A DNA stretch of 63,110 bases, the filler included, from Octopus bimaculoides (taxonomy: Eukaryota), in the NCBI RefSeq assembly GCF_001194135.2. It is 6 parts of 3 records of this genome, joined end to end, with 100 filler letters (N's around TTAATTAATTAA, not from the genome) between each part and the next. Parts side by side here need not be neighbours in the genome. Positions count along the whole stretch, not along the records: positions 10,291 to 40,648 come from NC_068983.1; 5 more parts are not named here. The stretch is one strand, 5' to 3'. The position numbers and the translations under genes were made by a program. Under the pieces are notes generated by a model. It saw only the letters and a list, made by a program, of their open reading frames with translations. It did not search any database and was not told where the DNA came from. Below are positions 26,246 to 39,600 of this stretch, piece by piece (position 1 is the stretch's first letter; each line of letters starts with the position of its first letter).

Positions 26246-28094
26246 ACCTAGTTTAGAAATATATATTGTTAAATTCTCTCTCTTTTATTCTATTCTAACT
26301 CTGAATAGTATGAAATTCTTTTGTCACTCACCTTCTACAGGCTTATTGCTACTACACATCATTTATGATATAAAATTATTGTTTCCCAGGAAAATTACTT
26401 TAATTAATGTATTACAAAGCAATTAAGTGGCTATTCTGTTATGTGTATATGATTACTAATTTGATTTACTGATTAGTAATCATAACTTTACAACAAAAAT
26501 ACAATAAAGGATATTAAATTGGAAAACTCATATCAATAGACAGGTGTAAATATAACTGGTCTATAAAAAGAAATGGCCATCAAATTAACCATTTATTTCT
26601 TACCAGCATGGTAATATTCATGTAGAAATATTGATGGTGAAAGCAACGATGAAAATTTATAAAAGAAAATAAAACAGATACCTCCTTACCAGGAAGCCAT
26701 AAATTAAAAGTTAATTTTTTTATTCTAATAAAGCTGTTTATTTTTGAATCCATAATTTTCTTTTTATAAAATACTTCATTTAGTTTATGAAGTCAGTTAT
26801 TGATATATAATTGCTTCTAGATTCTTACAAAAGGCTAGAAAATATTGGCTATTACAGAAAATTGCTTCATGGGGAAAGAAACTCATGAATTCAATTCCTG
26901 ATAAAAATACCTGGTGTGATTATCAAATTATACATTACTGAAGCAATTTTCAAATTATCATAAAATTGGGATAGGGAATATGATACGTTTCCTAATAAAA
27001 TTTAATCGGATTTAAAGAACAAAAATTAAGATAATTATTATACTCTCTCAGATTCTTCAAAAAACTCATTTCAAAATGATGCAATAATGCTCTTTTAAAT
27101 AGCCAATTTTCAACTCTAATATTTTCATTGGAATCTAACTGAAGATAAGTGCTTGGTAAATATTTTTAATATAACCACTTGAGGAAATAACTTCAAAGTA
27201 TTATTCTATGATAAATTGTCAGAACTGATACAGTATTCAGTGAAATGTTCTTACAAAATTAAAAAAATTCTCAAAGTAAACAGCTTTGTGTATGGGGAAT
27301 TTAAAAGGTCAAGATAAAATTTTTGCATTATGCCACATATAATGTGAAATACTTTAAATAACAATTATAAAACATTGAAATCATAAAATAAACATGTCAT
27401 ATTATGAAAAGGTCTGAATATCAATTGAGACAAAGAATAATAACTATGTAAACAAAGAATATTGGTTCAGTCCCAGCTTACATGTGGTTATAATTTTAAT
27501 GTTTAGTATGAAAGCCTATTAAAAACAAAAATTTATGTGTTTATTGTTGATGTTACATAAGAGTTCTTTTGTTCTTTTGCCAGTTTCTATCCTTTGACTA
27601 TGTTCATACTGGGGTACTACTTTCAGTAGTATGTGTTATGGTTCTTATTCAGACAGATAGTCATTTTATCGATCTCTTTTTATAACACATATACACACAC
27701 ACAGACAGGCAGGCATTCAGACAGATAGACAGTCAGGCAGACAGACAGACAGATAGATCACTTTATTGGGTCTACTCAGTTCACTCTGTAAATTGATTAT
27801 TTGATGAACTGAGAAAATGTAGGATCAAGAAAACCCTTTAGTTTTATCTTACTGAAGACAAGACAACCTTCATAGTGCTGGTGCCACAAATAAATACTAC
27901 CAGAACACTCTGTAAAGTAACTGGTGTTAAGAAGGGCATCTAGCTGTAGAAACCATCCCAAAATAAAGGTATAAGATGTGACCCTAACCTTAACCCTATC
28001 TTATAAGAGCAATAACTTCAGATATGAAGTGACCTGGATTGATATAACCAATCCAGTTAATGCCAGCATAGAAGTGGATGTAAAGTGATGCTGC

Positions 28095-28286
28095 CGGTTA
28101 TCTTTTACTTTCAGTCATTTGACTGTGACCATACTGGGGCATTGCCTTGAAGATCTGTTAGTCAAATGAATTGACCCCAGTACATATTTCTTTTAATGCC
28201 TGGTGCTTATTCTATTGGTCTCTTTTGCTGAACCATTAAATTATGGGGGACATAGGCATGCCAACACTGGTTGTCAAGCAGTGGAA

Positions 28287-28319
<33 letters not shown>

Positions 28320-28470
28320 ATGGGCTTCTTTCAGTTTTCATCTACCAAATCCATTCACAAAGACTTGCTTGGCCCAAGGTTATACTATAAGACATATGCC
28401 CAAGGAGTCATGCAATGCGACTGAACCTGAAACCATGTGGTTGGGCAGCAAGCTTCTTACCATACAGCCA
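28095..28470 (-). mobile_element. SINE family B
   Basis: reverse-complement family B with internal (CA)n. Confidence 0.8.
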
Positions 28471-28950
28471 CACCTGTGTCTGTACATGTGTAAAAGGCTT
28501 CTGCACAGTTACTAGATTTCACTCATAAGATATTTGGTCCACCCAAGAACAAATGACATGATAGAAGATACTTGACGAATGGAATTGAACCTGGAAAACA
28601 CAATTGCAAAGCAGACTTCTGGACCACTTAGCTTTACCTGCATCTAGGCAGTTTTAAAATGCTATGTATTCCAGTCTTAGTAATAAAAAGTAGGGTGAGT
28701 TTTATTATTTAGTTACCATTTACTTAAAAAGAAGCAAGTGGTGTAAAGTAACTTGCTCAAAAACTGAATACATTGCTTATAGTTGAATGTAATTGTATTC
28801 TGGCTGTTACCAGCTGCTAATGTTTGCTTCTCAGTTTCTATCAAACTATCACATGTTCATGTTTGAAGATAATAATATTTATAATGATGATGATGATGGT
28901 ATATGTTAATGTACATATACATATATATATGTGTGTGCACGTATGTGTGC

Positions 28951-28986
<36 letters not shown>

Positions 28987-29389
28987 ATAGATACATATAT
29001 TGTATTTGTACATTTGTGTTGCTAACAAAGAATCATGTACTGAATGCATGTGGTACAGAGCTATATTTTATTAAGGTTGACTATTGTTAACTTCAGAACA
29101 ATAGTCAATGCAAGCATATATGTGTATATATGTGCACATGTGTGTGTATGTATGTGTGTATCCATACTATCAGCACATATCTCTATTCCATGCTATTCCA
29201 AGTAACTATTTCACCACTTTTGTGAGATCAAATATGATATGACTACAAATTGTTTTATTTACTTTCCAAAACATTTCTTTCTATCGTTCTAAGTTTGAAT
29301 GGGTTGGTTGCTCCTACAAATTTAGATAAATTTTTGAATAGGTATTGCAATGCTTTCATAAACTAATTGTACTAGCTCTAACATAAATT

Positions 29390-29630
29390 AGTCAACTGTG
29401 AACAGAAAGACCAATGGGAAAACATGAAGTGATGGTGAAATATCTGATGATAAATTGCTTTTGGTGATTGCTTTATGTTGCTCTGGGGATAATTTAATTG
29501 GGAAGGAATTCAACTTAACATTTCGTAGGGGAATTGACAGGAAGTTTTGTCTTCTTTGATAAGATTTGTGTGTGAAACCTTCAAACTTATATTTTGTGTA
29601 GTGAAATGACATTGTGTAATACTTCAATAT
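29390..29630 (-). pseudogene. possible Helitron PIF1 helicase C-terminal remnant
   Basis: NSFPIKLS (RQFPIKLA-like) followed, in another frame, by MFSHW (VFSHG-like); very degenerate. Confidence 0.4.
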
Positions 29631-29945
29631 CTTAAGAGTTGTGAACTATCAGATATCTCCCTTGAGATAGGAATGAAGTATAACTGTTAGTTTGTTACAT
29701 CACACTATCAAATTAGATTATCAAAAGTGCTGAGTTGAAAGAGGATATTAAATTTAATAATGCATCTGTCTTTGATTATAATGCAATTATTATTAACTTG
29801 CACCAGCAGCTTTTCAGTTTGCATTGTGTATATGCTCTGCTGGTTTCAAATTTCCACATTATTGACTTCAGAAATATAAGGGAAGATAGATGTTTGAATG
29901 TAACACTATGATTGAATATAAATGTTGCAGATTACTAGAGCTGAA

Positions 29946-29999
<54 letters not shown>

Positions 30000-30461
30000 G
30001 TGTGTGCATGTGTGTGTGTGTAATGCCATAATAAAAAAGAAAAAACAATAACATCCCAAAGAAATTAATTTTTTGCTTTTTATGTAAAAATCTGTTGGAT
30101 AAATGAAATACAGGTGAGTTCCATTCCTAGTGTTTCTTATTTTCATTATTGTTATTTTTCAGCCCTGGGTCAGTCCTGATTGAGCAGATGTATGACCAAA
30201 AGCTTTTTGATCATAACTACCATCATGTTTTCAGAAATGGAATATTTAAGATTTCTTTATTCAATGTGTCCTTCCTTTTTGTTCTCTTTGTGCTTTGCAA
30301 ACTCGGCTACTATTTCTTGTAGGCTGAACAGCCACTTAAAGGTTTCTTTGCTCTTCTTTCTAAGTCATTCTCTTCACTGTCTTGGGTTGGCATCTCTTTG
30401 CATGGAATAAGTCATCTTGCCAAATTGATAAAATTACTATTGTCATAATTTTATGTAACTA

Positions 30462-31706
30462 TTGGGTCATCCCATAATGCTTTTTCTTTCATTTGCATGA
30501 ACTAAAAGTCAGAGGGGTATGGGATAAACTACCTGCATCGATTTACTATAAAAGCAGGTATTAATTTTACCTTGTCTTTACTCTTAATGCAAGTTTTGAA
30601 GAGTGCAGTTCAATTTTAATAGTTATTTTTTCAAAGATATAATGGGAGTGACAAAGGAGCATATTTGCTTTATGAGTTCAATAAAGGTAACCATACAATG
30701 GAAAGTGTGAGGAATATTAATGCAGTATATGGGGATCAGACAATAAGCATAAGTCAGTGTCAACAATGGTTCCAGAAATTCCAAGCCGGAAACTACAGCC
30801 TAGAAGATGAGCCTTGTCCTGGAAAATCTGTAGAGCTCGATGAGGACGTCCTGCAAACCCTGGTGGAACAAAATCCTATCATAACTAGCAGAGAAGCTTG
30901 GATTTGGTCATTAAACCATTCATCGATATCTGCATGACATTGGAAAAGTCAACAAATTGGGTCAATGGGTTCCTTATGTACTTTCCGAGTCTAATCATGC
31001 GCAGAGAGTGAATGTGTGCTTTTCTTTGCTGTCATGTCTCATGAATGAATCTTTCTTCAATTGAATAGTGATTGGTGATGAGAAATGGATTCTCTATAAA
31101 AATGTTAAGTGCTGAAGACAGTGGGTAGGGAAAAAAGAAACACTGGCACCCCAGACTAAAGGTCTTCACCCATGTAAGGTGTTGTCTGTTTGGTGAGATA
31201 TGAAAGGTTTAGTCTACTTTGAACTTTTAAACCCAAACCAAACAATAAAAATAGAGATCTACTGCGAGTAGCTTGAGCGGCTTAAGTCAGCGCTAGAAGA
31301 AAAACGACCATCTTTGGTTTCAAGATAAAAGGTGTTCTTCCATCAGGATAATGCTCAGCCACATACAGTGAGGATGACATTCCAAAGGCTGGAGCAGTTT
31401 GAATGGAAAACGATGCCTCACCCACCATATTTACCAGACATTTCCTCATCTGATTATCATTTATTCTGCAGTCTTTAAAATCATTTGGATGGAGAAAATA
31501 TAAATTCTGTAGACAAGGTCAGAACAGTAGTGGAGGAGTATTTTTTGTCACGGAGACGTGAATTTTGGAAGAGGGGCCTTACAAGTTTACCAGATAGGTG
31601 GAAAATAGGGAAGAATATATTTTAGAGTAAAAAAGAACTTTGTTTATCTTAATTTTGAAAAATAAAAGAAGTATAAAAAAGCTGTGTTATTTATGGGATG
31701 ATCCAA
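30462..31706 (+). mobile_element. full-length degenerate mariner transposon
   Basis: TIRs TTGGGTCATCCCATAA / TTATGGGATGATCCAA flanked by TA; broken ORF with YEFNKG, WFQKFQAGNYSLEDEP, IGDEKWILY, HQDNAQPH, HPPYLPDISSSDYHLF (mariner D,D,D motifs); stops and frameshifts. Confidence 0.95.
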
Positions 31707-31852
31707 TACTTACTTCCATGTATATTTTGTCTTATGCATTTCCATCTTATTATCCATGATACATTCATTCACCCAGTCTCATCAGTTGGTCCAAAATAAC
31801 TTAAATCATACTCTCTTATTCTTTGATAAAAAAACACATCCTTTTCTTTGCC

Positions 31853-32077
31853 TTAACCTTTTAGCGTTCAGATTTCTTTGTCAAATGTATTGTTTATTTA
31901 TTCACATTGTTTTGAATTAATCATGCATTATCTTGTAGCTTGGCGGTCTCAATGGTATATTTATATATTGAATGACATTATAGGGTAGGTGTGAGAGGTT
32001 GGATCTGGTCAGTTTTTGCATAAAACAGGTAGAACATCTGGGTCCAAATATCACCAGATTAAATGCTAATGGGTTAA
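31853..32077. mobile_element. TTAA-flanked MITE (piggyBac-like)
   Basis: TTAA-CCTTTTAGCGTT..AATGCTAATGGG-TTAA; second copy in opposite orientation at 58317-58535. Confidence 0.8.
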
Positions 32078-32629
32078 TTTCATATCTCTTGTTCCTGGTT
32101 ATATCTATTTATTTTCCTGTCTGTTTGTCTATCTGTCTGTCCACCTACTAACTGCTCCCTCCCACTCCAGAAAGTCCACCTTACTGATTGGCATTTCCCT
32201 AACACACTCTGGCCTTTAGCGTAGAGTTGTGTTGTCTCTTAACCCTGCTTCTTATTACGTGGCTTAACCTTATAACACCTCTTCTCAGGCTCAGCTAACT
32301 TACCTGTCTCTCTTCTTTTAAGACCCATTTTGTGACTTCCTCACATCTCCTGCACTTATCACTTTACTCAGCCCTTAGCCTCTAGAACATCATCCCTTAA
32401 GAATATCCTCTCTGTTTATATTTTTCCTACAAGGATCAATTTGGATTATTCAAGTAAACATCAACTGCATTGAAACCACCAGTTTTGAAGAGTGATCAAA
32501 AGCCATGGGTACAGCTTTTTCTTCCAGATTAAACTATTAAAGAAAACAGAAAGAGAGAGAGGGAGAGAGAGACTGTATGTGTTTGTACTTCTAACAATTA
32601 TAGTCATTAATATCTGGAAGAAATGAAGG

Positions 32630-33000
32630 TGGAAAGCTGGCAGAATTGTTACCATGTAGTAGTGGCATTTTGTCTGTCTTTACATTCTGATTCAAATTCC
32701 ATCGAGGTCGACTTTGCCTTTCATCTTTTGGGGTCAATGAAATAAGCACTACTTGATCTCTGGAGTCATGTAATTGACTTACCCCTTCCCCTCAAACTTG
32801 AGCTGACAGAACTATTAGCACATCAGGTAAAATGCTTATTGACATTTCTTCTGGCATTGTGTTCTGAGTTCAAATTCCATCAAGCTCCACTTTGTCTTTC
32901 ATCATTTTGGGGTCAATAAAGGATGTACCTGTTGAGCAATGGGTTCAATGTAATTGGCTAGCTCCCTCCCTCAATATTTCAGGCTTTGTGCCTATATGTA
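32630..33000 (+). mobile_element. two tandem SINE family A copies
   Basis: family A head recurs at about 32630 and 32800. Confidence 0.75.
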
Positions 33001-33760
33001 GTATAAAGAAGCATCTGTAAGAAACTGTATTATTATGCATCTATGACAGTAAATGTAAATCTGTTACATTTTATTTTTAATGTAAATTATTTCAGCTTTC
33101 AATAACCTGCAACAGAGCTGCATATTTAATATCTTCATAGCCAAATAAATTACCAAAAAGAAGAAAAATTTAAAACAACCACAATTCTTTTTTTTTTAAA
33201 TTTGCTTAGTAATCAGTCATTGATAGAACATAAACATAAATTGGCTTTTATAGCTTTGATAGTTTCTGACATACCTGACCAGACACACAGCGATCAATCA
33301 GACAAACAAACATGAAATATAGGGGGCGGGGTTGAGCATTTGGTGGCTGAATATTTTGAATAAAAAGCTATGAGTGTTCAGTAATATAAATTTATTACAA
33401 ATAAATCATTAAATGAAATTCATTATAATAGAGTATAGTTTAACAATAATTCTCTTATAAATTAAATAGCTTATATAAATTCAGTTTTATTATTTTTTCC
33501 TTCCCCCATGATGCTATGATTTCCTTGGGTTTGTTCAAAGTTTAACAGAATATTTTTATATGGATATCTTTTTTAATTTTTCTGCTGTGTGGTAAGAAGT
33601 TTGCTTCTCAACCAAATGGTTCCAGGTTCAGTTTCACTGCGTGGTACCTTAGGGATGTGTCTTCTACTATAGCCTTAGGCTGGCCAAAGCCTTATAAATA
33701 TATTTGATAGACAGAAACTGAAAGAAGCTCATCATATATCTATATATATATATATATATA

Positions 33761-35092
33761 TCTTATATATTAAAAGGCAAATTGTCTGTCTGTCTGTGTG
33801 TGTGTTGTGTGAACCACTTCTACTCCTACAATTTTCAACTGAATTTCATCAAATTTGACATGTGTGCTCTCTTTGACTTAGGACGCTTTTTCTTATAATT
33901 TTTTCCTTGAAATTCCACGCCCCCAACATTAATAGACTATTCTCAATTCACCTAGGATTTGGCTTGAGCCAGCAAAAAAACGTGACACACACCTAACTGG
34001 AAAAAATCAATACTTTACTTTGTCAGCTGTGACGAGCCCTTATCAACTGCTTGCACAGTACTGCCAGCAGTATTCAGTTGTGAGTTACGATTTGCCCCTG
34101 TTTTCATGTGATCTCACTTTTTCATATAATTATTCCAACTTAAACTAGCCACTTCAAAACTCTTACCCAAAATGAATCTGCCAAAGATGCCACCAGGTGG
34201 AACTCTTTCAATGCACTTAGGATAGCTTCAGCGTGAAGAAGAGAAAGTGAAGAGCAGTGTTGTGATGGGTTAGCACGTATTGTTGCACAACGAGCTGCCC
34301 AGAGCAATGAGCAATGTTCATCATGCCGAACAAGAAATGCTTCCTCTACTGCTGCTGCACGAGCTTCAGAGACTGTAGCACAACACACAGATCGACTTAC
34401 AAGAGATGCTCCCTCAACTGCAACTGCACGAGCTGCAAAGACTGCAGCACAAAGCACAGTTCAACTTACAAGAGATGCTGCAGCAACTGCTGCTGCACAC
34501 ACTACGGAGACTACAGAGAAAAGACAACAACGACTGGAGGCTACAGCTTAGCAAAGGGCTGCAAGACGTTCCTACTCAAGGCCATGCTCCTTGTGTTGGT
34601 CAATGACAGCATTCAACTACGATCCTACAATCAACTACAATAATCACCCTGACGTTCAAATTGGCTGCATGTCCACAATCTGCCAATTTTGCGGAGCTAA
34701 AATGTGGCCTGAAGAAACTCCTGGCATATGCTGCTCCAACGGTAAGATTACAGTACCTCTTCTACAAGATCCTCCTCTCTTTTTGACTGATCTTTTAATT
34801 GGGGCGTTATCTTATTCTCATGTCTTTCTCAAGTGGATAAGTACCTACAACTGTGCATTCCAAATGACTTCCTTTGGCACAAAGACTGCACATTCCAAAT
34901 GACTTCCTTTGGCACAAGATGGGCATGTCATGCCTTCCTTTAAAGTGCAGGGGAAAATTTACCATAGAATTGGTTCTCTGAAGCTGCATGAAACTGCCTC
35001 ACCTCAGTCTCTTCAGCTCTACTTCGTGGGAGACTACGCTGACCAGGCATACTTAACAAACAGCGCTGGGCAACGCTGGGTACGCCTGCTAG
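33761..35092 (+). mobile_element. internally deleted Helitron
   Basis: 5' TC start, GTCT repeats, broken ORF AFNYDP..CQFCGAKMWPEETPGICCSNGK..YNCAFQMTSFG..SFKVQGKIYHRIGSL (Helitron RepHel N-terminal region); 3' hairpin CAGCG-CTGGGCAA-CGCTG then CTAG|T. Confidence 0.9.
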
Positions 35093-35564
35093 TATATATA
35101 AAACAAAGGAGGTCTGTGTGTGTGTAATACGCAATCATTTCTACAGTTTTCAACCAATTTTCACCAAACTTTACACACACATTACTTATGCACCTAGGAC
35201 GGTCATGCACTATAATTTTTTGCCCAGAGCTCCCGTGTAAAGCAAGAAATTGGGAAAAAAGTTATTTTACACAGGTTTTTCTCTAAAAACTGCAGTTTTC
35301 AATTGATTCTTTCCCTTTTCTCATTCTCTATTTCTGTTACTTACATATATTCTCTCTCACCCTCTCTTTCCTACTTTCCTTTCTCTTTTTCTTACTTTCC
35401 TTTTTCTTTCTTTCTTTATTTCTTTCTTCCATCCTTCTTTCTTTCTCCTTCCCACTTTCTTTCCTTCTTCATTTCTCCCTCTTTCTTTCTTTCTTTCGTT
35501 CGTTCGTTCTTTCCCTTTCATTATTTACATGTGGCAGATATTTGTCCGCATCTTGTTTGTTGTT

Positions 35565-35610
35565 AACATAACATTTCAGCTGATATACCCTCCAGCCTTC
35601 ATCAGGTGTC
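35565..35610 (-). ncRNA. degenerate minimal type-I hammerhead ribozyme motif
   Basis: GACAC-CUGAUGA-A-GGCUG..CAGCU-GAAAU-GUU-AUGUU; paralogue of 40345-40390 with transition mutations in stems I, II and III. Confidence 0.65.
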
Positions 35611-35664
35611 TTGGGGAAAGTTATTTTTCAATGTTGTTACTGTTATTATCATTATTATTATTCA

Positions 35665-35735
35665 GGTCACTGCCTGAAATCGAACTCGGAATCTTGGGAT
35701 TAGTAGCCCGTGCTCTTAACCATTATGCCATATGC
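35665..35735 (-). promoter_or_regulatory. tRNA-like Pol III module inside the PLE 3' region
   Basis: A-box-like TGGCATAATGGTT and B-box GAGTTCGATT, followed by (AAT)n. Confidence 0.65.
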
Positions 35736-37933
35736 AATTATGGAGTGAATTTTAAGGCTTATAAATCTAATATTTTCTTATCCTTTCTTAATACCTGTTC
35801 CCATATGCTACTCATATCTGCACTTGGTCTGTTTAGGAGGCTGTTGTATCCTAGCATATGTGCTGCTTCTTTTAGTTTTCATATTTTCCAGTGGTGTTCT
35901 CTGTCTATTATTTTAATTTCATCTCACAGGGGGAGGTGGTCTCCATTTTTTCATATATGATCAGCTATACTCGATTTATCAATATCTCCTCATGTCACAG
36001 CTTTGTGATGTTCCTCTGCCCTTATTTTGAAGGAGCGGCATGTTTTGCCTTTGTATAACCTACCACAGCTGTATGGGATGGAGTATACACAGTTTTTGGT
36101 CATTTCTTTTGTTGGTGGTTTTACTCGAAGGAGATATTTGATAAGTGTTGTATTACTCTTGAATACTGTCCTGATGTCATATGGGCCACATATCTTTTGT
36201 ATCTTTTAGGTGAGGCCTTTCACATAGGGTAGACAGACTGTGGACAGTTTATTGGTTTCATCCTCCCATTTCTTTATAATTGGAGTGGATAGTATGTTTT
36301 TGGGGTAGTTGTTGCTTAATAGATTGTTACTGAGCTTGATCATTTCTTCGTGGTAGATATCACGATCACTACTTATATTCTTTGCTCGATGTTTTAGGCA
36401 CTGAGAAATCCCTCTCTTTACACTGTATGGATGGTGGGAATTGAAGTTGAGGTATTGTCCAGTGAAGGTCAGCTTGTGGTATATGGATGTCCTGAATCCA
36501 TATTTGGTACGTGTTATTAATATGTCCAGGAATGCTAGCTGATTATCTTTTCCCTTTTCCATAGTGAACTGTATGGATGGCTTTATTGAGTTCACATGAT
36601 CTAACAGTACTTGGACATCTTCCTGGTGGAGCCAGAGTATAAAGGTGTCATCAATATATTGCAGCTATAGGGTTGGTTTTAGTGGTGTTGATCCTAAAGC
36701 TACTTTCTTCTTTCTGTCTTTCTTTCGCTCTTTCTTTCTCACTCTTTCTTTCCTTCTTTCTTTTTTCTTTCCTTCTTTCTTTTTTCTTTCCTTCTTCCTC
36801 TTTTTTTCTTTCTTTCTCCTTCCCTCCCTCCCTCACTCTTTCTTTCTTTCTTTCTTTCTTTTTGACTAAAGGTGGTACTCCAGCATGGCCACTGTCAAAT
36901 GACTGAAGTAAGTAAAAGAATAAAAAAAAACTGCCATTTTAGTCCAGATCAACGCCGGGTATCTCTGCTAGTGTATATATATATATATATATATATATAT
37001 NNNNNNNNNNNNNNNNNNNNNNNNNNNNNNNNNNNNNNNNNNNNNNNNNNNNNNNNNNNNNNNNNNNNNNNNNNNNNNNNNNNNNNNNNNNNNNNNNNNN
37101 NNNNNNNNNNNNNNNNNNNNNNNNNNNNNNNNNNNNNNNNNNNNNNNNNNNNNNNNNNNNNNNNNNNNNNNNNNNNNNNNNNNNNNNNNNNNNNNNNNNN
37201 NNNNNNNNNNNNNNNNNNNNNNNNNNNNNNNNNNNNNNNNNNNNNNNNNNNNNNNNNNNNNNNNNNNNNNNNNNNNNNNNNNNNNNNNNNNNNNNNNNNN
37301 NNNNNNNNNNNNNNNNNNNNNNNNNNNNNNNNNNNNNNNNNNNNNNNNNNNNNNNNNNNNNNNNNNNNNNNNNNNNNNNNNNNNNNNNNNNNNNNNNNNN
37401 NNNNNNNNNNNNNNNNNNNNNNNNNNNNNNNNNNNNNNNNNNNNNNNNNNNNNNNNNNNNNNNNNNNNNNNNNNNNNNNNNNNNNNNNNNNNNNNNNNNN
37501 NNNNNNNNNNNNNNNNNNNNNNNNNNNNNNNNNNNNNNNNNNNNNNNNNNNNNNNNNNNNNNNNNNNNNNNNNNNNNNNNNNNNNNNNNNNNNNNNNNNN
37601 NNNNNNNNNNNNNNNNNNNNNNNNNNNNNNNNNNNNNNNNNNNNNNNNNNNNNNNNNNNNNNNNNNNNNNNNNNNNNNNNNNNNNNNNNNNNNNNNNNNN
37701 NNNNNNNNNNNNNNNNNNNNNNNNNNNNNNNNNNNNNNNNNNNNNNNNNNNNNNNNNNNNNNNNNNNNNNNNNNNNNNNNNNNNNNNNNNNNNNNNNNNN
37801 NNNNNNNNNNNNNNNNNNNNNNNNNNNNNNNNNNNNNNNNNNNNNNNNNNNNNNNNNNNNNNNNNNNNNNNNNNNNNNNNNNNNNNNNNNNNNNNNNNNN
37901 NNNNNNNNNNNNNNNNNNNNNNNNNNNNNNNNG

Positions 37934-38320
37934 ACATGTGGTGTAAACAACAAAAGGATGTATTAGTATGACGCTCGGGAATATGGAAAGTCTTTAACGT
38001 TTCGAGCTACGCTCTTCAACAGAAAGAATACGGAGAAAACAAGGAGAAAAACACGGAGAAAAAAAAATTGAATGGTCTTTGATCAACGATCTATCATGAC
38101 TACTGTCATGGCTTCTGTTGACCGGAAGTTAGAAAGTTTACACAGGAGAGCTAAGAAAAAGGGGAGATAACAAAGGTGGAGAAAGAACGGTGATCGAAGA
38201 CAAGGAGCTGTGTGTGTGGGTGTGTGTGAGAGAGAGAATGCTGGTGATCTTGACATATGCATGTGTGGAAATGGGGAGGGGAGAAAGGAGTTGGTCAGTT
38301 GTAGTGTGTGCATGGTGTNN
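37934..38320 (-). mobile_element. PLE pseudo-LTR-like segment of a second family
   Basis: pyrimidine-rich tract leading into a hammerhead-like motif; no ORF visible, flanked by gaps. Confidence 0.5.
37991..38027 (-). ncRNA. minimal hammerhead-like motif
   Basis: UCUUU-CUGUUGA-A-GAGC-GUA-GCUC-GAA-ACGU-U-AAAGA; perfect stems I and II, U in place of core A6. Confidence 0.65.
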
Positions 38321-39098
38321 NNNNNNNNACCAGTGTTGGTGTGTTTACATCCCTGTAACTTAGCAGTTTAGCAAAAGTAGTCCAATAAAATAAGTCCCAG
38401 ACTTACAAAATAAGTTCTGAGGTCAATTTGTTCAACTGAAACCCTTCAAGGCAGTGCCCCAGCATGGCCATGGTCAAATGACTGAAACAAGTAAAAGATA
38501 AAAAAATAAAAGATTATGGATGTTTCCTCTTGGACTATTTCCTCATATTCTTCTGTATATTTTTGAATAGGCTACAATCTTAGTTTATGATTAATTGATT
38601 TGTTGCTTTAATTTCATAGAGATATGATGTCCAGGCAAGGTAAAGCAAGCATTAACAATGAATAAGAAATCAGCTGTACGAAAAAATATCTGTGCAATTT
38701 AAAACAAAAGATCAACTTCAAACCAGTAATCACTCATTCAACTGTGAAGTGCCAATAAAAATTAAAACCTACTTGTAATTGAGTTATTGAGGGTATAATG
38801 TTTGTGTGATGGTGTGACACATAGGCCATTAAGAGTAGGGTTTGACCTTATGATTTGTAGTTCAGCCCTCAGAGTACTTTTTTGTTGATCCTACCTTAAC
38901 AGAACAGCAAACTACACACATGCACAAACACATATATATATATACATACATATATACATGCACAAACATATATGCATATATACATATATATGTATAGATA
39001 TATGCATATATACATATATAAAAACTACAAATGTTTTGTAGCTAAAACAATGTTTGTTACACATATACGTACACAGACATGGACAGACAGACAGACAG

Positions 39099-39131
<33 letters not shown>

Positions 39132-39170
39132 TCTTTTACCCATTATTTGTTTCAGTCATTCGACTGCAGC

Positions 39171-39260
<90 letters not shown>

Positions 39261-39264
39261 CACG

Positions 39265-39301
<37 letters not shown>

Positions 39302-39309
39302 CTGTACCA

Positions 39310-39600
39310 AAGCCAACTCATTCAAAAAATTAGTACACCTAGCATCTAACCTTTGTGCAACATTGAAAACAGAAATATCACACCATTGTCTAAGTATGTC
39401 TGGAGTATTAAAGACAAAAAGGGAAAAGCTAAAATACTCATCACTCATTGAAAACTCTACTGTTTTCACCATATAAGCCAGACTTTATCAAGTGGAGAAA
39501 TTCTAACAATGGATTTTCCCTATTTGTCTAAAGAAGAATTTAGAATTATTCTCAAAGCGTTGATATGAAAATAGTTAAATCTAAAACAATTAGGCTAAAT
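39310..39600 (+). pseudogene. degenerate PLE GIY-YIG endonuclease C-terminal remnant
   Basis: LSKYVWSIKDK and ARLYQV..ICLKKNLE, resembling PLE LSKYVWxLK..CxLCxxEK. Confidence 0.6.

Larger units (their letters stand above)
35530..36706 (-). mobile_element. 5'-truncated Penelope-like element (RT C-terminus, GIY-YIG endonuclease, pseudo-LTR)
   Basis: YIDDTFI (36647-36658), FTMEK..LAFLDILITR..TGQYLNFNSHHP, CLPYVKGL, CVYSIPYSCGRLYKG..IRAEEH. Confidence 0.95.
35093..36971 (+). mobile_element. second non-autonomous Helitron, tandem to the first and interrupted by a PLE
   Basis: 5' end similar to the 33761 element (GTCTGTGTG..TTTTCAACCAATTTTCACCAAA); 3' end CAACGCCGGGTATCTCTGCTAG|T; (CTTT)n-like tract on both sides of the PLE. 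Confidence 0.6.

Noticed and set aside
33275-33331. GC box plus CAG|GTATGT donor on the minus strand as a first exon
   Set aside because: The motifs are short, too close together, and lie inside the CpG-decayed domain; insufficient support.
36872-37966. Long ORFs of 130-400 aa spanning N runs (also about 47.0-48.3 kb, 56.9-57.5 kb, 61.7-62.2 kb)
   Set aside because: They consist mostly of X from gaps.
38912-39472. ORFs rich in YI, HT, RE or CV repeats (also about 43.1, 53-54 and 58.8-59.3 kb)
   Set aside because: They are translations of dinucleotide microsatellites.
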